Positions 1 through 9,756 are shown, counted from the first letter of the stretch. The stretch is 64,000 bases of DNA from an uncultured bacterium (GCA_963843795.1 CAWJLW010000006.1:1674001-1738000), one strand, 5' to 3'. A program made the numbers and translations. The notes: generated by a model not told the origin, from the letters alone.

Positions 1-1
1 T

Positions 2-2182
2 ATCAACTCGGGCAGACGGGCTTGGGATGAGCGAGTCGAAAAGGGTCGCCAGTTCCGGCCAACCGTGCGAATTCAGAAAAAGGGGAACGTTCGTGCCGAT
101 GGGCGGCGTGGCACCGCGCAAAATTCTCCAGGCAGCACCATTGACATATACCGCGCACGCGTTTTCGTCGGTAATAATAATGACGTCTTCAATATTTTCG
201 ATGGACGCCAACATCTTGATATTCTGCTCGCTCATTACCGAATACGCCAAAGCCAGCTCGCGGTCGGCGGCTTCGATACGGCCTTGCAATTGTTCATGAA
301 AAGCTACATTTTCCAAAGCCAGAGCGGTCTGTGCTGCCAAATTTTCCAGTAAAATCGCTTCTCGCGGGCCAAATATGCGACCATTGCGCTGTCCCAAAGC
401 TACAAAAACCTCGCCGCTCGCCACGTTTTGATTTTCACCTTCATCGGCTTGCATCAAAGGCGCTGCTACCAAAGTACGCGATAACGGGAGCGAGCCACGG
501 CTGCTGCGCATTTGCTGGAAAAGGTGCGCGCATATTTCATGCAAATCTGCGTGTTCGCTTATGACCTGGAATCCGTGGCGCTCAGAACTGCGCTCATGTT
601 TGTTTAGGTGCGTACGCTGAGGTTGAATCTGGCGCACGCGCTGCCACATCTCACTGGGACGTTCGTCGCTTTCGACAATGGCCGCGGGCCATAAAATCGC
701 GCGTTGCTCGCGCATAACGGCATTGGCTAATTCGGCGCGCAGGGTCTCATCCGTCGCCAACTTATCCGACACGGGTGGGGTGCAAGTACTTGCGGTTACG
801 ATCCACACATATTGAGCATCCAAGACTTCGCGCGCAGTCTGCAACGCGACCTGTCGCAAGCGCTGGCGGTCGTAACCAGCTGCGATAAGCGCGCCTCCCG
901 CCAGCGTGGTCATCGCGCTATCGGCACGCCAACTGGCTTCCCACGAACGTCGATAGTTATAAGACATCACCACCGCATAAGTGAGAATAACTCCAGCCAA
1001 CGGTTCCATTAGCGGCAAATAAGTATCAATAAATGTCAGCAGCAAAACCGCCGTTAACATCCAACTCGCGGCGAGCGCCAGTGCCCAAAGCGTCCCGCTG
1101 CGCGCCTGTCGCGGTGCCACCAGAGCTCCAGTTGCCAGGCACACCAAAACCAGCAAGGCTGGCGCGCTCCAATCGGGAGCGATGTGCAAAGGCCGATTTT
1201 GTAAAATATCGTTGGCGGCGTTGGCTTGAAGCTCGATAGCGGGTTGGGCTGACGAAAAAGGCGTAGAGCGAAATTCATACGCGCCCGCTGCCACAATGCC
1301 CACGAAAACCATGCGATTTTTCAGTTGCGCGCGCCCCACTCGACCATCCAAAACGTCCTGATAAGTAAAAGTCGGAAAAGTTCGGTAACTACCGGACCAG
1401 TTGATCCAACTTTCTCCTTCATTATCGATGGGAACACGCCGCACGCCGATGTCTATAAATTGATCATGCGCGCTAATTTCTTGCGGCGCAATGCCCAGCC
1501 AGTGCGCCGAGGCCGCCAAAGCCAACGAAGGAAAAACGCGGTCGCGATAACGAATCAGGTGCGGTATGCGCAGAAGCGAACCGTCGCTTTCGGGAAAAAT
1601 ATTAAGATGGCCAATGGAAGCAGCGCTCTGACTGAGTGCTGACCACGAAGAACTAACCCACACCGCGCTTTGAGCACGAACATTGTGTGAAGAAACCGCA
1701 AAACGATTGGGTAACGTAAACACATTGGCACGCGTGCTGGCCGGGACTTGCGCGGCAGAAATCGAGGGCACGATGAACGCTGCCGCTTGCACGACGTTAT
1801 TGGCACGGCGCGATAGCTTGGCCAGAAGTTCATCGTCGGCCAGAGAAGGCGATGGCTCGGAAAATAAAATGTCGAAAGCGACAGTTTTGGCGCCCTGCTC
1901 TACCAATCGTTGCAGAACACGAGCATGAAGCGAGCGCGGGAGAGGCCAACTTTTGGCGCGTGTCACGGTCGCATCATCGGCCACGATAATTACAATGTTA
2001 GGGTCGGGAAATCGTGGGCCACGCACACGAAACATCCAACCCAGCGTGCTCCGATTGGACTTATCCAACCAGCCCAATCCGCTAACCGTCTGCAAAAACA
2101 GCGCGCACAGAGCGCCCAATAAAGCGCCACGCCACACACGAGGTGTTGCCCACGACCAGCGCATTCGTCGCAAAAATCCCAT
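2..2182 (-). CDS. CHASE2-domain membrane sensor with downstream GAF/PAS-like regions, probably a sensor kinase; 3' end runs off the window
   Basis: Translated by hand; absent from the ORF track because no stop lies in the window. ATG 2182 MGFLRRMRW.., then FRVRGPRFPDPNIVIIVADD..WPLPRSLHARVLQRLVEQGAKTVAFDILFSEPS (CHASE2 signature). Near the window edge IENIEDVIIITDENACAVYVNGAA (PAS-like). Only parts of the ORF were translated. Confidence 0.8.
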   Translation of the reverse strand, partial: MGFLRRMRWSWATPRVWRGALLGALCALFLQTVSGLGWLDKSNRSTLGWMFRVRGPRFPDPNIVIIVADDATVTRAKSWPLPRSLHARVLQRLVEQGAKTVAFDILFSEPSPSLADDELLAKLSRRANNVVQAAAFIVPSISAAQVPASTRANVFTLPNRFAVSSHNVRAQSAVWVSSSWSALSQSAASIGHLNIFPESDGSLLRIPHLIRYRDRVFPSLALAASAHWLGIAPQEISAHDQFIDIGVRRVPIDNEGESWINWSGSYRTFPTFTYQDVLDGRVGRAQLKNRMVFVGIVAAGAYEFRSTPFSSAQPAIELQANAANDILQNRPLHIAPDWSAPALLVLVCLATGALVAPRQARSGTLWALALAASWMLTAVLLLTFIDTYLPLMEPLAGVILTYAVVMSYNYRRSWEASWRADSAMTTLAGGALIAAGYDRQRLRQVALQTAREVLDAQYVWIVTASTCTPPVSDKLATDETLRAELANAVMREQRAILWPAAIVESDERPSEMWQRVRQIQPQRTHLNKHERSSERHGFQVISEHADLHEICAHLFQQMRSSRGSLPLSRTLVAAPLMQADEGENQNVASGEVFVALGQRNGRIFGPREAILLENLAAQTALALENVAFHEQLQGRIEAADRELALAYSVMSEQNIKMLASIENIEDVIIITDENACAVYVNGAAWRILRGATPPIGTNVPLFLNSHGWPELATLFDSLIPSPSARVD

Positions 2183-2244
2183 GTGAAATCGGTATGTAGC
2201 GCTGCAAGTACTTGCAAAAGCTCTGATAGAGGTGCTTTCCGGCT

Positions 2245-3222
2245 TTAAAGCAGACCGCCCAGCAAACCACCCAAACCATTGAGCAAAGTGATTCCGCCAT
2301 CAAGCACACCACCTAAAATTGTCGCGTTTTGCCCTTGGATGGCGCGTCCTGTATCACGGGTTGTCGAGACATACAATTTGCTATTGCTGAGTAGATGCAC
2401 AGTAGCATCTCCGTTATTGACTACATTGATCCAGAACTCCGTGCCGCGCGCACCCACTGTAGCCGTCGGTGTTGAGACATCGAATTTGGAGCCGTGATGC
2501 ACATGATACCAGACTTCGCCCAAATTCTGGCGCACCAAAGAATACAACGGCGCGCTGCCGTTGCCTTCAAGAAACGATTGCAAAACCGTCAGATCGCTGC
2601 CTGGCTTGAGATTACAGACCGTACCGTCGGCAAAGGTGATAACAGCGCCGCCCTGAGTGCGCACTCGATCACCACCGTGAAGCTCCATGCCCTGTATGGC
2701 TTGCAATTCTTCACTGCCATCGGGATGAGTTACAAAAGTGGCATTAGCTCCGCTGAGCGTGGCGGGCGAAGTGGTGAACTGGCGTGTGTAACGCGCGTTG
2801 TAGGCCTGACTGCCACCGTTTATTTGTTCATGGTGCGGACACAAAACTAAGGGCACTTCGCCCATCGCTGTCGCTTCGCGCGGTGCGCGCAACACATAAC
2901 CATCTTGATAAGAACCATCTGCTCGCGTTTCTTCGGGACAACGCAGTGCAGACGCACTTTGCAAGTACTTGCGTGTCACTAATTCTGATAATCGAGTCGG
3001 ATAACGATGATTTTCCTGACGAAACGCATCTAAAGCCAGCGCAACATTTTTAAGTTTGGTGTCACACGAAGCATGGCGCGCCTGAGCGCGCATCCGACCG
3101 ATGTAGCCCATACTCAGCGCGGCAACCATGGAGATAATGGCGACAGCAATGACAACTTCAACCAAAGTAAACGCATTCAATTTGCTGTTTTGCCAAGGCT
3201 TGCGATTTTTTATTCGTCCCAT
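2245..3222 (-). CDS. Prepilin-type N-terminal (GspG-like) protein with a C-terminal FecR domain
   Basis: AFTLVEVVIAVAII class III signal; ALDAFRQENHRYPTRLSELV pseudopilin helix; GDRVRT..ITFADGT..FDVSTPTATVGARGTEFWI FecR motif. Confidence 0.75.
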   Translation of the reverse strand: MGRIKNRKPWQNSKLNAFTLVEVVIAVAIISMVAALSMGYIGRMRAQARHASCDTKLKNVALALDAFRQENHRYPTRLSELVTRKYLQSASALRCPEETRADGSYQDGYVLRAPREATAMGEVPLVLCPHHEQINGGSQAYNARYTRQFTTSPATLSGANATFVTHPDGSEELQAIQGMELHGGDRVRTQGGAVITFADGTVCNLKPGSDLTVLQSFLEGNGSAPLYSLVRQNLGEVWYHVHHGSKFDVSTPTATVGARGTEFWINVVNNGDATVHLLSNSKLYVSTTRDTGRAIQGQNATILGGVLDGGITLLNGLGGLLGGLL

Positions 3223-3402
3223 GAGTTACTCCGCCCGCAATGTTGCGATGTTTGACAAGGCCTTCTATCCTGAATTCCCTGCCACGATTAAAATGTCTTG
3301 ACAGTGACTGCTGAGCGCAAAGCGCAAACTAAGCGCTTATATCAAAGGTTAATGCAAATTAAATTGCGCATGACGGATAATAATAGATAACATTACGCTG
3401 CC

Positions 3403-4197
3403 ATGCTTCCATTTATGAACTCTTCTCATTCAGACAAAAGTCCGGCTCCCGATAAAAATCTAAAAAGTCCATCGCTTCCCAACAGTTCCACCGACGAAGC
3501 TTTGATCGAAGCGGGTATTGTCGAAGATCATGTTCCGGTGCCGTTGCCGCTCGGTTCGCGCATCAAGAACAGTTTAGCCTTCGGACTTTCAGCTGTCTTG
3601 TCCCCTTACTTGGTTTTACCCATTGGAACGACAGGGATTATCGGTTCGCTGACTTCGCAACGCCGCACGTTTTTGTTTTATACCGCAATTAGCATCTTCT
3701 TTTCTACAATTTTGCCCGCTTTGTATGTAGTGAACGAAGTGCGGCGCGGAAAAATTACCGATGTGCATATCATGGATCGCACGCAACGCGGCGGCCCGTT
3801 TCTCATCGCAATCGTTTCTTCGGCTCTAGGCGCGTGGTGTTTGTATGCCGTCGGCGCACCGTCGAGTGTATGGGGCATCAGTGCAGCACTGGCGCTCAAT
3901 GGAATTATTCTGACGTGGATCACCACGTTCTGGAAAATTTCGATGCACGTCGCAGTGTTGTCGGCGACAGTGTGCGCTGCGATGATTATGCTGCGCGACC
4001 TGACTGCTTGGCCGCTTTTGCTGACAATTCCCGCTCTCATCTGGGGCCGCGTGTCGCGCGGGCGCCACACACTCAGTCAGGGTTTAGCGGGTGCTTTTCT
4101 GGCTGCGGCCATCACTGGCGGCGCTCTTCTGGGCCTGAGTTACGCTTTCCACACTCAACCCTATCGCGATGTCACAGCCACGCTTGATAGAAAATGA
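3403..4197 (+). CDS. Integral membrane protein, PAP2/phosphoesterase-like
   Basis: Several TM segments; WKISMH and GRVSRGRHTLSQ resemble PAP2 motifs. Confidence 0.6.
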   Translation: MLPFMNSSHSDKSPAPDKNLKSPSLPNSSTDEALIEAGIVEDHVPVPLPLGSRIKNSLAFGLSAVLSPYLVLPIGTTGIIGSLTSQRRTFLFYTAISIFFSTILPALYVVNEVRRGKITDVHIMDRTQRGGPFLIAIVSSALGAWCLYAVGAPSSVWGISAALALNGIILTWITTFWKISMHVAVLSATVCAAMIMLRDLTAWPLLLTIPALIWGRVSRGRHTLSQGLAGAFLAAAITGGALLGLSYAFHTQPYRDVTATLDRK

Positions 4198-4209
4198 CGT
4201 TCAATGAAA

Positions 4210-4265
4210 CAAACCAAAAGCGCGCTGCAAGTACTGCGCAGTACTTGCAGCGCGCTTTTGGTTTG
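4210..4265. terminator. 56-bp perfect palindrome between convergent genes, built from two degenerate motif copies; likely bidirectional terminator
   Basis: CAAACCAAAAGCGCGCTGCAAGTACTGC|GCAGTACTTGCAGCGCGCTTTTGGTTTG. Confidence 0.8.
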
Positions 4266-4283
4266 CGGCCAGTCGGATTCAAT

Positions 4284-5066
4284 TCAGCCTCCGTGCGCGA
4301 AATCGGGATAATCGGTCATGCCGCCATCGACGAACACCGAAGTGCCGGTGACATAACCCGCCGCGTCGGAAACCAAAAACACCACCATGTTCGAGACATC
4401 GGAAGTTTCACCGATACGACCCAGAGGAATTTTTTCCAGCAAATCTTTGGCACCTGCGGGGTCTTGCCACACCGCTTGATTGATCGGCGTTTTAATCGCG
4501 CCCGGCGCTAAAGCCACCACGCGCACACCAAAAGGCGCAGCTTCTTGAGAAAGCGTGCGCGTTAGCATCGAAACGCCAGCTTTAGCCGCTGTGTAGGCAC
4601 TGTAGCCCGCCCACGGAATGGTTTCGTGAACCGAACTCAGATTCAAAATCACGCCACTTTTTTGCGGCACCATGCGCTTCAACGCGTGATGAGCGCAATA
4701 AAAAGTGCCCATTAAATTGATTTGAATCACCTTGTCCCATTGCCCCAGATCGGTTTCCCATGAAATTTGCCGTTCGCCATCCACGCCCGCATTATTGACC
4801 AGAATATCAATCCCGTGCCACTCTTTATCAAGTTGCTCAAACATCGACGCGACTTGTGCGGCATCGGAAACATCGGCTTGAATAGTTAAAGCGCGACTGC
4901 CGCTCGCCTCGATTTTTTGGGCGACGGAATCAGCATCTTCGGGTCGGCTGCGATAGTTAACGATGACATCGGCGCCTGCGGCGCCAAGCGCAATGGCGAT
5001 GGCTTCACCGATTCCCGAATTGGCACCGGTGACCAGAGCGCGCTTGCCCTTGAGTGAGATTTTCAT
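4284..5066 (-). CDS. SDR oxidoreductase, glucose 1-dehydrogenase-like
   Basis: TGANSGIG, NNAG, SSVHE, YTAAK motifs. Confidence 0.9.
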   Translation of the reverse strand: MKISLKGKRALVTGANSGIGEAIAIALGAAGADVIVNYRSRPEDADSVAQKIEASGSRALTIQADVSDAAQVASMFEQLDKEWHGIDILVNNAGVDGERQISWETDLGQWDKVIQINLMGTFYCAHHALKRMVPQKSGVILNLSSVHETIPWAGYSAYTAAKAGVSMLTRTLSQEAAPFGVRVVALAPGAIKTPINQAVWQDPAGAKDLLEKIPLGRIGETSDVSNMVVFLVSDAAGYVTGTSVFVDGGMTDYPDFAHGG

Positions 5067-5084
5067 AATTCGCTCATTTCCCGA

Positions 5085-5378
5085 TTAATCGGTTTCAAAA
5101 TCTATCGCAGTGACATCAATCCACAAATGCTTGAACTCGTCGATGAATTTTTGATGCACGGGATGCGGCCCGTAAGTTTCCAATCCGGCCTTGTCATCGA
5201 AACGCACGCGTAAACCGATTTCGTGACCTTTGCCACGCCCGCCAAAGTCAATACCGGTTTGCAAATCGCGAATGGTGTCAATTTGTGGGGGAAATGCACG
5301 CAAAGTTTCCATCAACGCGTTTTTCTGTTCTTCTGTTGTGTCGGGCTGCAAGCGAAAAAATACTAAATGTTCAACCAT
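5085..5378 (-). CDS. Dabb (stress-responsive A/B barrel) family protein
   Basis: MVEHLVFFRL..YGPHPVHQKF..IDF pattern, 97 aa. Confidence 0.8.
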   Translation of the reverse strand: MVEHLVFFRLQPDTTEEQKNALMETLRAFPPQIDTIRDLQTGIDFGGRGKGHEIGLRVRFDDKAGLETYGPHPVHQKFIDEFKHLWIDVTAIDFETD

Positions 5379-5411
5379 TGTGTCTCCTGAAATTGTAAAT
5401 TGAATGCTAAA

Positions 5412-6329
5412 TTAAATATCGCTGGCATCGACATCATTGGTGGCAGACGGGACTTCGAGCGATTGTTTGCCGCGCTGCAATGGTACGCTGCGGATCTGTA
5501 AATGCTCTGCAAGTACTTTCAGCGTGTTGGGCGCGGCTACCATGAGCGGAATACGTTCGGCGCGGCGCGTTCTTTCCGCAATCCACGCGCGCCCGTCCAG
5601 ATACTGTGCGATGCAACCGGCTTCTTGGCACAAACAAATGCCCGCTGCGACATCGTAAACCTGATGCCACATCGCCAGGCTGCTGCATACCACGCCGCGC
5701 GCCAGCAGCGTGAGATGATAAGCCAACGTGCCGAAATTGCGCAAACGGCATGGCACACCGACGAAATCAATCGCTTCTTCAACTGACGTATTGCACGCGA
5801 TAAGGTCTTCCTGAATCAGAACTTCCGGGTCGCGCGCGCGCAAGGGAATCGCTTCGCCCGCGCCCGCCTGCCAGAACGCACCTTTTCCAGCACTTGCCCA
5901 CAGCATTTCGTTTTGTGGCGGAACTGAAACCACACCCAAAATCGCGCGCCCTTGATGCACAAGTCCAATCGAAACACACCAAAGGGGCACGCCGCGCACA
6001 AAGTTCGTCGTCCCATCAATCGGATCGATGACCCAGCACGGCGCGTCTTCGCTGCCGCCTTCGGGAACGACCAGACCACCTTCTTCGCCCAGAAAATTGT
6101 ACGTCGGCGCCAAGTCTTTCAAACGCTGACGTAACAAGTTTTCAATCGCGACATCGGCTTCGGTCACAAGCGTATTATCAACTTTGATTTGCGCCGCACA
6201 ACGTCCGCTCCATTCCAGCGCCAATTGCGACGCTTCGCGGGCAATGACGACAACCTGTGCGACATCAAGCTGTTGTTCTGAATTTTGGGCTGCGGTTGAT
6301 ATTTCTTGCGGCGATCTCACATCGTTCAT
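5412..6329 (-). CDS. Inositol monophosphatase family protein
   Basis: VTEAD, GEE, WVIDPIDGTTNF, YDVAAG; ATG 6329 chosen because it follows TACACT-N6. Confidence 0.9.
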   Translation of the reverse strand: MNDVRSPQEISTAAQNSEQQLDVAQVVVIAREASQLALEWSGRCAAQIKVDNTLVTEADVAIENLLRQRLKDLAPTYNFLGEEGGLVVPEGGSEDAPCWVIDPIDGTTNFVRGVPLWCVSIGLVHQGRAILGVVSVPPQNEMLWASAGKGAFWQAGAGEAIPLRARDPEVLIQEDLIACNTSVEEAIDFVGVPCRLRNFGTLAYHLTLLARGVVCSSLAMWHQVYDVAAGICLCQEAGCIAQYLDGRAWIAERTRRAERIPLMVAAPNTLKVLAEHLQIRSVPLQRGKQSLEVPSATNDVDASDI

Positions 6330-6387
6330 AACTAAAGTGTACAAGTTCCGCGCGCCCGTTTTGCGACACTGTTAGCACGGCTCTCTT

Positions 6388-9036
6388 ATGTTTACTTTGC
6401 TGCGTCTGCTTTCATTTCGATACTGGCTGCGTCATCGCGGCGCGTTTGCGCTTTCAGCTCTGGGCGTAGCAATGGGCGTCGCAGTTTTCGTCGCCGTCCA
6501 AATCGCCAACTTCTCAGTTCTGTCAGCTTTCAACGCTTCACTCGAAGCGGTTTCGGGACGCGCCAATTTGCAAATCAGCGGCGGTGCGCGCGGTTTGCCC
6601 GAAAGCGTTTACAGCGAACTGATGACTAAGCCCGACGCGAGAATCCGTGCTGCTGCACCTTTGCTTGAACGCACACTTTTTTCGCCAACGCTCAAACTCA
6701 AACCCACTGATGAAGGCACCAGTTTGCTGGTACTGGGCATCGACCCATTCTCACAGGCCGCCTTTTTCGATCTCGATTTACGAAGCGCCGCTTCAATTTC
6801 TCAAAGTACTTCTGACGACAATCTTCAGCGCGGCGATAATGCCAATCCCGTTTGGGATTTTTTACTCGACCCGCACGCGATGGCGATTAGCCAAGAGTTA
6901 GCGCGGCGCTACAAGTTGCAAGTCGGCAGCCGCATCGAGTTGTTTGTGGGTGCACAGCGGAAAAATTTTCGCGTTGCGGCTATCGTCGGAAATCGCAGCC
7001 TGAATTCGGCTTTCGGCGGTGATTTTGTGCTTTTGGACATTGCGACCGCGCAAGAAGCGTTCGACGAATTGGGCCGGCTTTCGCAAATTGACTTGATTGT
7101 GCCAGAAAATCAGGTCGATGAAGTCGCGAACAGTTTGCGTGCGCGCATCGGAAAATCTTTGCCGCCCGATGCGCGCGTGGAACGACCGGCGCAGCGCTCG
7201 CAGCAAGTCGGCCAAATGCTTTCGGCGTTTCAACTCACGTTGTCGGCTTTGAGCTGCATCACACTTTTTGTGGGCGCGTTTCTGATCTACAACACGGTCG
7301 CAGTCGCAGTCGTGCGGCGCCGCGCCGAAGCGGGAATTTTGCGAGCAGTTGGTGTAGAACCTCAAAGATTAACGCGCTTGTTTTCCATAGAAGCGGCTTT
7401 GATCGGCGCATTCGGTTCGCTGTTGGGAATTGGACTGGGCTGGGTTTTGGCGCGCTACACACTGCACGAAGTCAGTCGCACGGTTTCCACGCTTTACGTC
7501 GCGGTTAAGGCACGCGAAATTGTGATGCCGAACTGGCTCCCGCCAACGGCTTTAATTGGCGGAACGATTTTATCGATTTTGGCTTCGCTGCCCGCCGCAT
7601 ATGAAGCCGGCCACGTGGCGCCGCGACAAGCTTTGAGCCGCACTTCGGTTCATCAAAGCACCGCACAGTTCGCGCGCCCGTTGGCAATTTATGGCCTTGT
7701 TATCGTAATTCTTGGTCTTGGCTTGTGCCATCCAATTATCAGCGCGCGTGCAGCATGGATCGGTTTTATCGCTACGACGTGCACGCTGGGCGGTTTCGCG
7801 ATGACTGCGCCGTTTCTGGTGCAAATCGGCGGGCGCGGGCTGCAAAACATGGGACACAATAGCGCGTTCGGGCCGCTTTGGTTGCTGGCCGGAGTTTATT
7901 TGCAGCGCGCGATTCATCGCAGTGGCTTGATAGTCGCTGCGTTGATGGTTTCGCTGGCGATGGCAGTTGGGCTGGGTGTGATGGTCGGTAGTTTTCGCGC
8001 AACAGTTGTGGATTGGGTCGACAACACGATTAGCGCCGATTTGTTTGTCGCTCCAGCACGCGGATTTTCGGGCGAAAGTGGGCCGGGATTGCCGCCGCAA
8101 GTACTTGCCTATGCCAAAAACCTGCCTAATTTGCGCGCTTTAGATACAATTCGCGGAGCACAAACCACAATCAGAAATCAGCCGGTGTTCATCGCCGCCA
8201 ACACCTTGCCGTCTTTGAAAATCGGCGAGCGCCGCATTCGATTCGTGCAAACGCGCAACGGCGTTCAAAACGCTTTGGACGATTTCGCCAATCAGCGCGC
8301 GATTTTAGTTTCCGAACGCTTCTCCAACCTGCTCGATATTCGCGCCGGTCAAAGCGTCCCATTGCTCACACCGCGCGGCCCGCGCTCGTATCCGGTCGCG
8401 GGCGTTTTTTACGATTACACGCCCAACCAAGCAGTCATTTATCTACCGCAGCCCTTGTATCAGCGCGACTGGAACGATTGGGGAACCGATGGCCTGGCAC
8501 TTTATTTCGCTTCGGGAACCGATATCGATGTAATTGAACGCGGCTTTGCGCAAAAATTTGGACGCGAATTTCAATTGACACTTTTGCCCAACCAGAAAAT
8601 TCGCCGTCAGGTTTTCCAAACTTTCGACGACACTTTTGCTGTAACCTACGCGCTGCAGCTCATTGCCGTCATCGTGGCTGCGGTCGGCATTTTCGACACA
8701 CTTCTCGCCTTGTTACTGGAACGCAAGCGCGAACTGGCGATGCTGCGCGCTGTCGGAGCTTCGCGCGCGCAAATTCAATTTCTCACGCTGCTCGAATTCG
8801 TCTCTATCGGCATTTTATCGTGGCTGCTTTCGCTGGTCGCGGGAACCGTGTTGGCATGGCAGCTAATTTTCGTCATCAATAAACAATTTTTCGGCTGGAG
8901 CATTCAACCTTCGCTTTCGCCCGTTATCTTTTTGCAGGCGCTGCTGTTGGCGTTGACCGCCGCTTTAGGCGCGGGCATTTTGCCTTCGCTGCGCGCTTCA
9001 CGCGCTGATATTTCCGGCGCACTGCAAACCGAATAA
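6388..9036 (+). CDS. ABC transporter permease, duplicated MacB/FtsX-like (AttFG-type)
   Basis: Two MacB periplasmic+FtsX repeats (RRRAEAGILRAVG; ERKRELAMLRAVGAS), 882 aa. Confidence 0.9.
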   Translation: MFTLLRLLSFRYWLRHRGAFALSALGVAMGVAVFVAVQIANFSVLSAFNASLEAVSGRANLQISGGARGLPESVYSELMTKPDARIRAAAPLLERTLFSPTLKLKPTDEGTSLLVLGIDPFSQAAFFDLDLRSAASISQSTSDDNLQRGDNANPVWDFLLDPHAMAISQELARRYKLQVGSRIELFVGAQRKNFRVAAIVGNRSLNSAFGGDFVLLDIATAQEAFDELGRLSQIDLIVPENQVDEVANSLRARIGKSLPPDARVERPAQRSQQVGQMLSAFQLTLSALSCITLFVGAFLIYNTVAVAVVRRRAEAGILRAVGVEPQRLTRLFSIEAALIGAFGSLLGIGLGWVLARYTLHEVSRTVSTLYVAVKAREIVMPNWLPPTALIGGTILSILASLPAAYEAGHVAPRQALSRTSVHQSTAQFARPLAIYGLVIVILGLGLCHPIISARAAWIGFIATTCTLGGFAMTAPFLVQIGGRGLQNMGHNSAFGPLWLLAGVYLQRAIHRSGLIVAALMVSLAMAVGLGVMVGSFRATVVDWVDNTISADLFVAPARGFSGESGPGLPPQVLAYAKNLPNLRALDTIRGAQTTIRNQPVFIAANTLPSLKIGERRIRFVQTRNGVQNALDDFANQRAILVSERFSNLLDIRAGQSVPLLTPRGPRSYPVAGVFYDYTPNQAVIYLPQPLYQRDWNDWGTDGLALYFASGTDIDVIERGFAQKFGREFQLTLLPNQKIRRQVFQTFDDTFAVTYALQLIAVIVAAVGIFDTLLALLLERKRELAMLRAVGASRAQIQFLTLLEFVSIGILSWLLSLVAGTVLAWQLIFVINKQFFGWSIQPSLSPVIFLQALLLALTAALGAGILPSLRASRADISGALQTE

Positions 9037-9128
9037 CTTTTCTTCATTCATCAACGGGCGCCGGCGGCCACTACTGTTGATGGTCAATTCCGTGTAACCT
9101 CTTCACAGTTAAGGAGGTGATACTCATT

Positions 9129-9341
9129 ATGCATACGCAAAACGCGAAGAAGGCTTACAGCACGCCCCAACTGATGATTCACGGCAACGTGGAAACTCTG
9201 ACATTGGGCGGAGGTAATGGCCATCAGGGGCGTCCTGTCGGTGGCGGAGGTGGAAATGGCTATGGTTACGGTCATTGTAAGCACGCCGGACAAAATCCCG
9301 GTCACATGGACGATCCGTTGGGTGGCTGCGGTCTTAGCTAA
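9129..9341 (+). CDS. RiPP-like precursor peptide 1 with lasso-type leader (70 aa)
   Basis: RBS AAGGAGGTGA; MHTQNAKKAYSTPQLMIHGNVETLTL-GGGNGHQGRPVGGGGGNGYGYGHCKHAGQNPGHMDDPLGGCGLS; YxxPxLxxxGxxxxxT. Confidence 0.8.
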   Translation: MHTQNAKKAYSTPQLMIHGNVETLTLGGGNGHQGRPVGGGGGNGYGYGHCKHAGQNPGHMDDPLGGCGLS

Positions 9342-9396
9342 GACCGAAACTCCGGTAACTCTTGCTTGAGAGCCATAATGAATTGTTCGCAATTCA

Positions 9397-9467
9397 CGAA
9401 AAGACGAAGCGCCGAAATGCGGTATTTCCGAGTACCCATCTCTCGAGCTTCGTCTTTTTCGTTTTCA
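9397..9467 (+). terminator. Long structured 3' element/terminator after precursor 1 (paralogous to 9793-9864)
   Basis: Outer stem CGAAAAGACGAAGC/GCTTCGTCTTTTTCG, inner GGTATT-TCCG-AGTACC, then T tract. Confidence 0.65.
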
Positions 9468-9585
9468 TGCAGCAATGGCCATCTGCAACTAAAATAAACA
9501 AATAAGTTCACAGAATTTTTAATAAATCAATCGAAATGGCTAATTCCATGTCAGTAGAATTTCTATCGAGGAGGTGAAATTTATC

Positions 9586-9756
9586 ATGGACATTCAAACC
9601 ACGAAAAAAGCGTACAGTGCGCCACAATTGGTCATTCACGGTGATGTAGAAACCGTTACCCAAAGCGGCAGTAAGAGCCGTTGCGCTCATGGCTACACAT
9701 CCGGCCGCTGCACAGCTCCGCGACCCTGCCCACCGCCCAGCGGAAATTTCAGCTAA
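9586..9756 (+). CDS. RiPP-like precursor peptide 2 with lasso-type leader (56 aa)
   Basis: RBS GAGGAGGTGA; MDIQTTKKAYSAPQLVIHGDVETVTQ-SGSKSRCAHGYTSGRCTAPRPCPPPSGNFS. Confidence 0.8.
   Translation: MDIQTTKKAYSAPQLVIHGDVETVTQSGSKSRCAHGYTSGRCTAPRPCPPPSGNFS

Noticed and set aside
27..2186. Short + strand ORFs in the first 2.2 kb, and other overlapping short ORFs in the track
   Set aside because: They are shadow frames of longer, recognisable genes (here the minus-strand CHASE2 sensor).
9129..9756. Canonical lasso peptide gene cluster
   Set aside because: The cores lack Asp/Glu at positions 7-9, and there is no B/C/RRE gene in the window.
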